From positions 74,803,001 to 74,836,000 of the forward strand of contig NC_087436.1 of NCBI RefSeq assembly GCF_036321535.1: a stretch of DNA of 33,000 bases, in the 5' to 3' direction. This DNA is from Camelus dromedarius (taxonomy: Eukaryota). The notes under the pieces are model-generated. The model saw nothing but the letters and a program-made list of their open reading frames with translations. It was not told the DNA's origin and did no database searches. Position 1 is the stretch's first letter. Each line of letters begins with the position of its first letter. The position numbers were made by a program, and so were the translations under genes. Below, piece after piece: positions 1-11,360 of this stretch.

Positions 1-22
1 TGTTCAGACCCTCTAAGGGGAT

Positions 23-95
23 GGTTTCTACTGAATGCATATTGTTTTGTTACCATTATAAAGTCAAAACTGTTTAAATGCAATCATTATAACTA
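23..95 (-). mobile_element. Tigger-type (MER47B/Tigger5-like) DNA transposon terminal fragment
   Basis: ggtttctactgaatgcatattgttttgttaccattataaagtcaaaactgtttaaatgcaatcattataac matches, with CpG decay, the remembered MER47B terminus (…ctactgaatgcgtatcgctttcgcaccatcgtaaagtcgaaaaatcgtaagtcgaaccatcgtaag…). Subfamily call is from memory. Confidence 0.5.
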
Positions 96-109
96 AATAT
101 TTGCACATC

Positions 110-1392
110 ACCAGTCATGTTGGTTGCTCTGAAGCTTCTTCTGTAGTAGATTCCAAAGGAAGGGCTTGTTGGAGCAGCATTCTGAGTCTATGTTAATAAC
201 TGTAGTATTATTCTTGAGAGTCAGTTCTGTTTTTCTTTTAATCACTTTGGGTTGTATTTTCTTTTATTTATTTATTTTTTTGATAGATGTATACACCAAT
301 GAAACCACTACCACAATCAAGATTCACCTAACATTTTCTTGATCATATTTAAGGTTTCTACACTGTCTTCTGGCTTAGTGTTGCTTAGTGTTGCTGTTGA
401 AATTACAAGTTACTTGGTTTTGTCACTGAAGTGCCCTGTCTTGCCCATTATGAGTAGATTTTTCTCTAAAAATTTTGTTCCAACTGAGGAATCATTGTCA
501 TCTTGGGTTCTGCCCATGTGATAGAAACCATGCTGTGCAGGGAATCGATAGAAAAGGGGAGTGTGGTAGACATAATAGAAGAGGTAATGTGTTTTTTTCT
601 TCTATTTTGCCTTTTGGTATGCCTTGTAATTTTTTTCTGTGACAGCTAGACACGATGGACTAGGTAAAAGTGTTGCAAATAGGACTTTGGTAATGTGATG
701 AACAGGAAAAGCGAAAAGCATTCCTTGATCACATGATTAGGTTTATGGCTTTCAGTGAGTCTCTGTGCCTTGAAACTATGAACTTCACAAGGGTTGATCA
801 GTTGTTCTTCTCCCCCTGTAGGTAGAGTAAATAATTTGAGTTGGAATTGTGTATTTCCCTTCTGGATCAGTTAGGTTCTGATATGCCAGAAAATTAGGCT
901 CTGGGTACTATTTCCCCTGAGGGAAGACCTTGTCAGAACAGAGTCCTCTAGTCTCTTAAATGGTACCTCTTTCCCTTTCACTGTCAGACACCAGAGCAGA
1001 TTTTTCTGACTACTGCTGTGGGATCCCAGTTGAGCTCCTATAGGGAAATCTCATGATATTGTGAGGGCTCCCTGTGGCTGTGTTCCCCTGGAGTTTTTAA
1101 ATCCCAAGTATATCTGCACTGACTTTCCAGAAACTAGTTAAGTATAGTTCAGGTTTTCCTCCCCTCCTGCTGGTTCCCCCTGTGGTTTCCCATTGAGTCC
1201 CTGCACTTGTAAGCAGGGACTCTCTGTGTTTACCCATTTCTCTCTCCAGTTTAGGGGTGAGAGTTTGCCCTGTACTTGGCCTCTTGAGTTCACGGAGGAA
1301 GAATTATTTTTTTAGCCTCAGCATCTTAAGGGTTGTTAGGACTGAGTGGCCACCTCCAATCTCCATGCATGTGGCACTACAAAGTGGGAGTC
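110..1392 (-). mobile_element. Old LINE-1 (L1MC/L1MD-like) 5' region, antisense; a short L1 3'-type fragment lies at ~250-340
   Basis: Motifs such as ccctggagtttttaaatcccaag…ctgcactgactttccag (1086-1130) and ctctccagtttaggggtgagagtttgccctgt (1242-1273) resemble the antisense 5' end of eutherian L1M elements. Similarity ends near gggagtc at ~1392. Confidence 0.6.
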
Positions 1393-3312
1393 TACCCTTT
1401 CACCATTTTGAATACTACTTGCTTACTCTCCATAGCCAAAAGTCTGATCTGTGTTCCTCAGGAAGAATTAAGCCTTCACATAGAAGAAATGAGAGGAATT
1501 AGAGAGGCAATATTCAGTTGTCTTTTAAAATATTTGATTTTACATATCAGAAGCTATTATGGGAAGAGCACTGTCAGTTATGATATGACTAAATGCCCTT
1601 GTTCACTCTGGTCAGGGACTGAGAGGAAGGCTAGATTTTGTGGGACAAGTCAGGAGCTCTGCTTTGAAGGCATATTCACGTTGTGTGCAAAATACGATGA
1701 CATCATATGAAATGAGGCAGCTCTTTCTCTGAAGGTTAGAGAATCTCAGACATCACCACCATGTGATGGGTACATATGGGATGTGATTCTGCCTCACGGT
1801 CTAGGAGAAGTTTTCTGTCCCTATTCCTAGTGGACTGGAGATGCAACACTAGGCTCTGTCCTCAGAGGGTTTAGAGGAGATTCCTTGGTACCATTACAGA
1901 TATGAGAGTGAAGAGGCCTTGGCTATGAGCTGTATCTGTTTAGCAGTTCTCTTTACTTCTGCCTGAGCTATACTACTTGCCAGGCTTGTCTTGGCCCTTA
2001 TGTCTATTACTTGGGCTCTCTTGGGTTGGACATGGGTCTACAGACATTGGAATTGGGCATGAAATGTAAGAAGTCTAGGTTGTATTGTCAACCACTGAGT
2101 CCCCCAAAGAGCTGAAAACCTACTTACCTCTGAGGGAGGGTTTGAATCTTCAAGTTACCTTCACCCTATGGGATCAAGAGTTACCTGTTGGCTTAATGAT
2201 TTGTGATTCCAGCTGTCCTCAGAATTGAAAATTTTTACTTATTACCCATATGCCTGGGTTCCCTGTGTCATAGGTTTCAACTCAAAGTCTTCTGTAAAAT
2301 CGGTCAACTGGCTGGATGTCTATTTGGGAAATCTATTGGAAATGCAATGCAACCACTGTTTTGCCTTAGATGTATTATAGATTTTATTAATGGGTCATCT
2401 CTGGGGCCATGTGAATGAGAGCACCTACAGTAACTATTGTAGTATACTCAGCTTCCTTAGTTGTCTCAGGAGCTGTTGGCTTAAGATGACTTTGGATGGG
2501 GATGTTATAGTTAGAAAAAAAATCATACAACTGAACTTTGTGTCTTTGAGTAGGGAAACCAATACTAAATGGGATTTAGGATTTTTGTCTCCTTGCCCTT
2601 AATCATGGAGGCTAACTGAAAGATCTCAAATGGAAAAAAAGTTACTGTCAAAGCGAGACCTGGGATTTTCAGAGTGGAATTTCTCAGTGAGACGAGAGTC
2701 GTGAGCCCCAAAGCCTAGCTAGCCATCCTGCTCTGAGCTTGTTTCAGAGGAGAAACATGTCAGATCCTTCCTCAACATTTATTCCCGTATCATCAGTCAC
2801 ACATACCCCTGACTTTGTTTGAGGAAATCATCTGTTGCCTAGCTTCCCACTAGTCTCGGTCAATCTCGGTCATAGATCTGTCTGACTTTATCTTGTTAGA
2901 GTAGCCCATTTCCCTACCCAGTTACTGGTGTCTACAGTGACTAATTCAGGTATGGACATGCTATATCATCAGCCATTACCACTCCAGGAGATGCTGCTGG
3001 AAAAGTGCCTTTTAAAGAGAAGATCTTGTGGAAGAAATACTTGAGTGATAATGAAAGCTAGAGGATTTGCTGTCATGAAGGGACAGCATTCCTAGATGGT
3101 GGGAGCTGGGGTCTTTGTGGGACATGTGTGGATCCTGAGCAATGAATGTGAAATATCTTTGAGAGTAGAAAAGATACGAGGAAATAAATCTGTCTGGTTC
3201 TTGGTAAAACCCACCTCTTGAGCCAAGCACACACACACACCTGGGCACAAAACACCTTGACTCTTCATTTTGTAAGCCAGTGTGTTCCTGTCTCAAAGAA
3301 GTTACAGCTGGG

Positions 3313-3331
3313 TTTTTTTTTTTTTTTTTTT
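3313..3331. repeat. T19 homopolymer
   Basis: Read directly. Confidence 0.95.
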
Positions 3332-3569
3332 GTCACTTGGAATTAAAACAATCCTAAGTGATACAGCTCAATAGAACACCATGGAGACGTGGGTATTCGA
3401 GTAAACTGGTTTCATCCATCACTTGCAATAATAAAACCAACTTGCAACTTAAGAAACTTAGGGATTTTGTAGTAGAAATATGTTGAAAGCCTTCAGACTA
3501 ATGGGGCAAGAAAGAAAAGGCCCCAAAAGGGGGCTGGAAAGTCTATTCCATGGTCAATGTAAAAAATCC

Positions 3570-3586
3570 TATATATATATATATAT
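3570..3586. repeat. (TA)8 microsatellite
   Basis: Read directly. Confidence 0.95.
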
Positions 3587-4204
3587 GGCTATCCTGCTTA
3601 TAATTTAGTTTACCTCTTAGATGCCATTTTTATAAAGGCACAAAGTAGTGCTTTGAAAACAGCCTGTGATGAATAATACAGGTCTAGAAAACTTAGGACG
3701 CTACCACCACTTCTGGGACTTCTGTCTATAAGTGACTAAATTTAAAACAAGGAAGGGAAAATCATAGAAACAAGAAATGACAGATGATTAGCTGAGTGAT
3801 GTCCTGGTTATTAACACCAGCCCTTGTGTGAGCATTGGTAGGATAAAGTTGCCTAGGTATCAGTTATCCTGGATTCAGTGAGTATCCCATCCAAAGAAAT
3901 AGATCTGAGCCCTGGCGTCCCTGGTCATGTTGGGTCCCTCTAGCCATTTAAACTTCAGATGCTCGGTGATCTTCCTCTTTTTGAGGCAGGATGAAGATAT
4001 TGATGGCTGTCACAAGTCCATAGCTATATCTGGGATGGTTGTTGAGTTCATGAGTCAGTAGGAAAATGGAATGGCATATGGTGGAACATAAGACAAGAAC
4101 AGAGGAATCCAAATACTTGGACGCAGGTGGAAACTTGGCAAATAGTTCCCATGTCTCCTAATCCTTATCCTTGAGTAACTTAGGGCAAGGAGTATCCTTA
4201 TCTC

Positions 4205-4613
4205 AGGCATCCGATCAGTATTGGAAGAATGAAAATCCATAGTGGTGAGGTAATTCAGGAGCTGCACCTGCTACCTCCTCTGCCTTGGAGGGTTGTCACC
4301 CTCTGAATGGAGTAGCTTTGTGTGTATCTTCAGGCATAATATATTCAGGTATAGAGATTTCTTATATATGGTGCTTAAGATTTTAGAAAGGATCTGAAAG
4401 TTTCTACTTAGGCATCCCATCAATATGGGATAAAATGAATATCCACAGTGTTGAGGCAACTTAGGAGCTGAACCTGCTGCCGCCTCTGTTTTGGATGGTT
4501 GTCACCCTCTGAATGGAGTAGCTCTGGAGGCATCTCTAGGCATATATAAGATACTTTTATATCTGAATATATTATGGTGCTTAAGATTTTAAGTGGGATC
4601 TAAAAATTTATAC
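4205..4613. repeat. Diverged tandem dimer, unit ~205 bp (4205-4409 and 4410-4613), origin unknown
   Basis: Shared anchors at a constant 205-206 offset: aggcatcc (4205/4410), ggttgtcaccctctgaatggagtagct (~4291/~4497), atggtgcttaagatttta (4368/4574). Confidence 0.9.
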
Positions 4614-4971
4614 TGTTGTTTGCATTGTCTGAGATGCATATGACAAAAAGGTATAAATGTTGAGAATTTCTTTTGTAGTGGGAAACAGACCTGCAAAAGG
4701 AGTTTAGAAGGCACTGGAGTATTTGGAGAAGCCATCAATCACAATTCTGGCCTAACCTTCTGAAGGAAAGAAGAAATAAATGTCAGATAGGGAATGAATT
4801 ATACTGTGGTGCAATAGTGTTTGGCATGGTCAGTGGCAACTAACAGACCAGAAATCACCCCTCAGAGGAAGCCCAGCTCTTGCAGGAATGGGCTTTCCCC
4901 AGAGTCCCTGCTGCACTCAGTCATTGTTTGAAAACAATGGTGGGAGGTGTGGCATTCTAATGGGCATCACA
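4614..4971 (-). mobile_element. ERV-L 3' LTR, LTR16C-like, with an internal deletion near its 5' end
   Basis: On the minus strand it starts TG at 4971 directly after the PPT-like cacaaggggcagac, contains caatgactgagtgcagcagggactc…cccattcctgc…cttcctctga typical of LTR16, and ends CA at 4614. It is shorter than the remembered consensus. Confidence 0.7.
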
Positions 4972-7800
4972 GTCTGCCCCTTGTGCTCACATATCTGCTT
5001 CTCTACCCAGGTCCAAAGAGCAGCAACATCATGGCTCCCATAGCCCTCTCTTTCAGAGGATAGAAGTGGGATAAAATACAGCTCCCCTTACCAGAGTTGA
5101 TCTTGGGTCACAACTGATACCTACCTTCTCCCTTCTCCACTCTACATTCTCTTCAGTCTTGGCTATTGCCTCATTTGAAGTTTGGTGGTGTGAAACTAAC
5201 CACCATCCAAGGGGCCTGAACCCTCACTAATCATTTTCAAGCCTGGGCTGCTGACTGTCCCTGAGTTACAGGGAGGCAAGGAAAGTAAGTGTGAGGAGAT
5301 AGTCAAGCAGATGACTTGTGTTCAGTACACATCCTTCCCCGCTCTCATCATGTAAAAGTAGCCCAACCTTTTGCTGATCATTCAGTTATGCCTGCAATGA
5401 TGATGACTCGTGAAATGACCCAGTGTGTCATTTGGAGTGATGGTAAGTAGAACAGATCAAGCTTTTATCTCCTGATACCTGGACCCAAAAAGTCTTCCTA
5501 CTAGGGATATAGCAGCATACTGATGGCTCTTTGGTGTAAACACTCCATCATGATAAAAGGTATCCTAATTTACAGCAAGTTAACTGAGTTAGTGCATCTG
5601 CTATGCTTTCTGAAGCTTCTTTCAACTTTCTGCTGAAAGTCTAGCTGCTTCTGAGTGGTATTAATGTCTTGTGATGCAATCTTGCACGCCCTGATCAGGG
5701 GCTCACCCTGCACCTTTTTTGTAAGGTGATCCACTGGTTAGGTGCGTTGCTCTTTCGAATTACATGCCTGTGGCTGGTGCATTGCAGACCCCCCAGGAAG
5801 TGGTACTCTTTTGAGGCTATATGAGCAGGAAATAAAAGCCCATAGTAAGATAATGTATCCATTCATGGGAGGCTTAATATATGGCTTTTCTGTAAGGGAA
5901 GGGGCTCCATGGAGTTGAGGTAGTTCGCTCGCTTGCTACCAAGTTGCAAGTGGTGGTCTCCATGGATACCATCCTACTGGGGACTCGACTGTTAACTGAC
6001 AGGTTTGGCTTTCAGAATGAGCAGCAGAGTGCCACTTTCCAAAGAAAAGTCTGGCTACTTAGTTGGGCACTTACGTAGCCTCCACGTCTACAATCGTGAC
6101 CACTGTGTTCTCTTGCCCATTAGCTGGTGAAGGCTGGCTGATGTCAACTGGTAGAGCCATTTTGTCTGTCTGGTTGTACTATGCCTCTTCTGTGGTGGGT
6201 GCTTTGTAGTGAGTGTTAACACGAGATAAGAAAATCTGCACATCTTGGATATCCATATGCCCTCTTCTAGATCTTGTCTAATCTCCAGACCTTCTCCATC
6301 CAGACCCTGATGAGATGGCAGGGCCACCAGCCACTGCCCAGGAGTCAGTGTATGTTTTCCACATCTTTCCACTTGAAGGTGGTTTGTCATGCATCATGGA
6401 GCTATCGATCAACCACTCTCCGTTAAGCAGGCAGTCCCAGAGGCATATTTTTTCAAGGCTGACAAAATCAGTGCATAGCTGAGGTGCTTTGATATTAGAA
6501 TTAGTATTCAGCTACTAAGTGCAACGTAACTCTCTTCCCTAATGCCAAACCACTATAGTGATACTGACAGAAGTTTTTCTTTTTCCTTTAAAAAACTTCT
6601 TATCTTTCAGCTTTTGCCAGTTGTAAACCATGATCTGGCCTTAGGTACTGTAGGTCAGTACTAGCTAGGCCTGATAGAGGATCTCATGTACTTAAAGGTT
6701 TGGCCATGAGAACTGAGTGACATTAGTCAGTTTGGGGCAGAGGGTGGTGGTGGTGGAGATGGGTTTCTTGTCCAGGTGGTACACACTGACACCAAGCCCT
6801 GTCCCTTTTGTGAACAAGTGTGATGAGTCACCTGCCATTGTTCTTGGTCTGCAGAGTGGGATGGAACTCGGACGTGAGAAATGTCAAATGTTTAATTCCT
6901 TGTTTTAGGAAACTATATTCAGTATTAAGGCTTAGCTTCCATATTTTCTAACAGGTAGGTAAGAATATCTCAGATACATACAGACATGTCAGGGATTAGT
7001 GGACATATAACATCCTTTACTAGCCTCGTGGGTCAATGTGTTAAACTATTTCCAGAGCTGGGAATGCTACGTGTGTGGAGGAATTCTAGATCACAGGCAG
7101 GCCTGTGATTCTGAGCTGTGACGGGGCCTGGGGCCACTCAACTGTAGTGGGCACGCGGACATCCAAGGGGAGCTTCTGTTGAGCCAGTGTTGGTGTTCCG
7201 ATACTCCGTAACCTGTACCATTGATATCATTATTGTGGTAGCACTGTGTTTTTCATCTACATTTCAAACTGATCAATTGTTGTACTGTGAGCCAGGCTGA
7301 AGACATAGCCTTGGTTACAAATCCTTGGGAGGAAATCCTTGGATTCTTGATAGAAACTTTGCCAGTTTCTTTGGGGGACGCATGGAAAAGGAATAATTGA
7401 TGTACCCGTTCAATCAGTAAGGGCCTGCTCTCTTTTCATATGAAATCTTTCATATTGAGGTCTTCCTTCCATGTGCTGTCACTCAGGGACCAACCTTACC
7501 CCAACCAGCAGCAACAATCAAGCCTAGAATTCTCTGTTAAGGCAAATCTGCACTTGGGGTCTACAGAGAGCTAAGCAGATATTCTCATCTGGCTTTTTTG
7601 AATAGATGGGTCAAAAAAACAGACAAGGGTGTATGAGCCGGCTGTCTGTGAGTAGAGATCTTGTGGAGTCGAGACTCAGTGAGGCATCTAACTCCCTAGG
7701 ACATTGCTATTGGATAATTCCCTCATATCTATGCCTTATAAGATGTGAGTGTTCCTCTCCCTTCCTGGTGGAAGTGCAGGTAGGGGAATCAGACAAGTCC
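4972..7800 (-). mobile_element. Decayed ERV-L (HERV16/ERV3-16A3-like) internal region: protease end, RT, RNase H, integrase; many stops and frameshifts
   Basis: My minus-strand translations give IL*GIDM (~7740, protease), QGYVFSLAH (~7290, RT PQGY motif), a degenerate YIDD region (7222-7240), RSWFTTG (~6625, RNase H), YTDSWAVAGG (YTDSW at 6338-6352), WAREHSGH (6096-6119, integrase Zn finger) and MDTLSYYGLLFPA (~5850, integrase core), in canonical pol order. Confidence 0.85.
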
Positions 7801-9537
7801 AAGGCTGACCTGTGGGGTAGACATGCTGGGACTAGGTCAGTGTTGCAGCCAGGAGATGGTAGCCCATGATCGTGCAGCAGAGCTCTGTGTTGCTTGGAAG
7901 CCTCAGGTGAGTTGGAGGCTCACCAGGAATGTTTTGAGAAGGCTTTCTTGGGGGAAGAAACCAGCTGTGACTGACTAGATGGTCCAAAGGGATATCCTAC
8001 GTATATAGCCTTGGATGGAGGTGGTTTAGGGGAAAGAGAATAGGTTAAGTAACAGGAAAATGTTTCTCAAGCATGTGATGTGAAACAAAAACTGTTCGGC
8101 AGAACGTAGACAGAGACCCTCAGTGGGGAAATGGACTCAGAAGGCTAAAGCAGAGCCAGATGTCCCAGTGAAGCAAGAGGTAGCTCTTGTTATGTATCAA
8201 TGGCACACACCTAGGTGATGGGATGGTGTCACAGGAGTGAAGGATATCATGTTTTCAAAAGTAGCCAGAGGACCTGTAGTTGAGCAGCCTGCTTCCTTTT
8301 CTACAAGTAAACTTTTGCATTTCCTCCTGTGGATGGAGAGAATGCATGATTAGGGGTAAATATGACTAAGTGTATATTCTGGGTTCATTTTTGGGATATT
8401 GATGGTAGGGACTGAACATAGGAACTTTTCTTGGCCTCTAGGGTTCATGTAATTTTTCTTAGGTGGGGAAGATAAGGATGAAGCACAGTAAATGAAAGGA
8501 TATGGATTTGGTAGGGAAACAGCAGAGAAGACCACAGCTCATCACTGTACACCCCTGCACTTGTGTGCAGCTGAACTTGCTGGTGTCACCCACAGGTTCA
8601 TTGTGGCGTAATGTGTATTGGTACACTGACTGAAGGGTATCAACAATTTGCCAATCATTAGATCAAATTACAGATTATATCCCTTGCAATCTGGATTTAC
8701 AGCTATTTAACTTGGGTTCAAAATTCTTTGAACTCTGGTTTTCCAGAGAAGCTGAAAATTTTCAGATAGAACACTGTAAAGTGCTCTGTCTTAGTCAAGA
8801 CAGTTCTTATAGAATCCTTTTTTTTTTTTTAATTTTTTAACCACCTTGTGGCTATAGTCTGTTATCACATTGGGAAGTTACATGTCGACATCTTAAGGTA
8901 ATTCAGCTTGGGTTTTCAACTGGGTTTAAAAACCAGTTCTGACTCAGTCTAGCATATTTTATAGACACCATTGGGTTTACATGAGCAGAGGATGCATCTA
9001 CATTGTTTTCGGGTCTCACAGAAGAGGTAGCAGTACAGAGTTTCAATTTCTCTGAGTGTTCCAGTGGTGGGAACATGAATATTTGATAACTCGCCTCCCT
9101 CTACTAGTGGTTACTCTGTGTTGGGACCTTCTCTGGAGTTAAAGAATATATACAGCCAGTTCTTAAACTATCCAGACAATTTGATCACCTTTTATGGTAC
9201 CATCCTCTAACTCTAGGAGAAAGAACAACTTAGCTTTTTAGACATCTGTGTTTAGACACAGATGATAGCTCCTCACCGAGGCCTTCTCTCATCTAACACT
9301 AGGCAGGCCAACATGTCAGAGGATAAAACCAGACTCCAGGGCCATTAAAAGTTGTAAGAGTTGGCATGTAACTAGAAACTAGAGGAGCCTGGAAACCATG
9401 GCGTGTTCTAGAGGTACCAGAACTGGGTAAGTCCCCTCATTTGGGAGGGTGTAGATTGCGAAGGACTTTGTCATGATGATGATGACCAGACAACTGGGCA
9501 AAAAGGCATAGAATGTTTCTGTGTCCCTTTTGTTTGA

Positions 9538-9930
9538 TGTTGTAGGTTGGGTTGTTGGGAATTAGAGATTGAGGTGGACTTTGGCATGAAGGCCCTTATT
9601 AGAGCTGAAATCCTGTGAAAGGGATGGGAAAGGAAGTGGGATTGGGGAGCAGTTGCACAACAGTGCAGTGTAGGCACAGCAGTGCCTTGCCTAGGCCCAC
9701 GGGAGCATCTGCATACGTATGGCCATCTAGGGTGGCGTCTACAGTGGTTTGAAATGGCTGGCTGTCATATGCCTTCTGCAGTCAGTAATTGAATGTTACT
9801 GTCAGGAGGAGGTCATGTCCCCACAGCAGAGACAGCAGGAAGGGTGGCTGGAGGCTGCTGACAGCCCTCTCAGCATCTGGAGCAACAAACCCTTTCTTGT
9901 GGGGACATTGATGCCTTTAAGTCCTCCATA
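9538..9930 (-). mobile_element. LTR16A-like ERV-L LTR, apparently solo
   Basis: tgtgaaagggatgggaaaggaagtgggattggg…cccacgggagc…cagtaattg…ggctggaggctgctgacagccctc…gtcctccata follows the reverse complement of the remembered LTR16A consensus end to end. Confidence 0.7.
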
Positions 9931-11206
9931 TCCAGTGAATTCTTGAACTTGACTATCTTTTCTAGTGTCTTTCCTGCTCTTACACATGGATCTGCTCAGC
10001 ACAGGTTTCCTCTTGAGGGTGACCACTTTTCCTACAGACTCTGTTCCCAAGATGGATCTGAGCTTAATTACTAGGTGGTTGGCAGGTGAGAGAGAAGCCA
10101 TGGGGAACTAGGGCTCTGTTCTAAGCAGGGTGTGAAGGTGTGCAGAGGAACAGCTGCTCTTCCAACTCTCATGCTACCTAGAAACTAAGGCAGGAGAACC
10201 TAGCTCCCAGGAGTCTAACTCTGAGGACCATTTTAAAGCACACATATTAGGGATAGTCTGTCTCTACGTGTGACTTCTATAACTTGTACAAAATAGCTCA
10301 GCATGATATTTCCAAGTCCTGGATGGTCTAGACCCTGTGAAAGACTTGTTTTCTCTGCCCTGGTCAAGTAGTTCAAAGTCCTAAGGCCTTTGACAGAAAA
10401 CAATATGCAATGGTTACCCTCTGAAATGGTTAGCCTCTTTGAAAAGCCTGTCAAATGAAGCAAAACAAAGCCGAATTTGTGTCTGGAGACAGGCTTTTTA
10501 GGCCACTTGTAGGTCGTCAGGTTGGGTTATTCACAGGCCAGTGTAGTCCTAGGTCAGGGAGGCTCTAACTATGAGGGGAACCAAGACTTTAACTCTTTGC
10601 TTGCCTTGAGATGAGTCACTCGAACCTGAGCTCAGTGTAAGAGTAGGAGGATAAGCCTGCAAGGGCTCCTATTGCACAGGATGACAGTCGTAGTGTAACC
10701 ATGAGGCCATGTGAGCTGTGTGTAGGTACCAGTGATCTCTTAATGGAGGATCACCTAAGCCATTGATTGTCTATGGTAGCAGCCTTGTGGATATGAAAAT
10801 TGGTGACATATTAAAGTGGAATTCTGGGAGGCTGTGTTAATGTGATGTAGAAAAACTAACTGATGGCTTATATCCTGAGTAGAACCAGCCCACATCTTTA
10901 TCTACACTGTCTTTTACTTTCAATTACTTAACCCTCATTTTAGTCCAGCAGAATAAAGCCTGTTGAAGACAACCATTCTATCTGGGTCTAATCAGCTGAG
11001 AAATCTAGGCACTGTCTCTTGGAAATGGAATGGGGAGAAGGGGTATAATATGCTGAGCCTTCCAGGGAGCAGACCAGAATGACAAGGTTGCAGGCATCCC
11101 ATGGCCTTGCTAGAGCATCCACAACCCCAGATAGGGATTGTCCTTCTGATACTTCTGAACTGTTCTTCTCTCAGCACAAGGATCCACCTCCTAATTGCCT
11201 AGAGGG

Positions 11207-11360
11207 CAGCACTGTCCAACAGAGAGATACTGGGTACCACATGTCACCATTTTAAGTAGTCTAGTAGCCACAATTTTAAAAAATTGAATGAAGTTTAAAA
11301 TTTTGGTTGTGTTTCTATTTGCATTCAAGTCTCGGCCACTCCCCCTTGCTAGTTGTAACT
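11207..11360. mobile_element. hAT-Charlie MITE (MER33/MER3-like), internally deleted
   Basis: Starts cagcactgtccaacag…ctagtagccacaattttaaaaaa like MER33. The far end ttcaagt…gctagttgtaactgtg resembles the opposite terminus. Confidence 0.55.

Noticed and set aside
339-3296. Short ORF-track ORFs in the first 3.3 kb (60-125 aa), and others like them across the window
   Set aside because: No recognisable homology, many non-ATG starts, several overlap repeats, and their lengths are expected by chance.
4055-4267. Olfactory-receptor-like motifs (LLALSYSRI; VPPxxxPxxY) in a minus-strand ORF
   Set aside because: The spacing is about half that between TM5 and TM7, and no MAYDRY, PMYFFL or KAFxTC motif is nearby.
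4368-4392. gtgcttaagatttt resembling miR-373/302-family 3p arms
   Set aside because: The AAGTGCT seed is absent and there is no matching ACTCAAA-type 5' arm.
9538-9930. This LTR as the 5' LTR of the provirus at 4614-7800
   Set aside because: It appears to be a different LTR16 subtype, with no shared TSD and no PBS-like sequence next to it.
10408-10436. atggttaccctctgaaatggttagc resembling the tandem-dimer core
   Set aside because: Only a ~10-bp exact match with unrelated flanks; compatible with chance.
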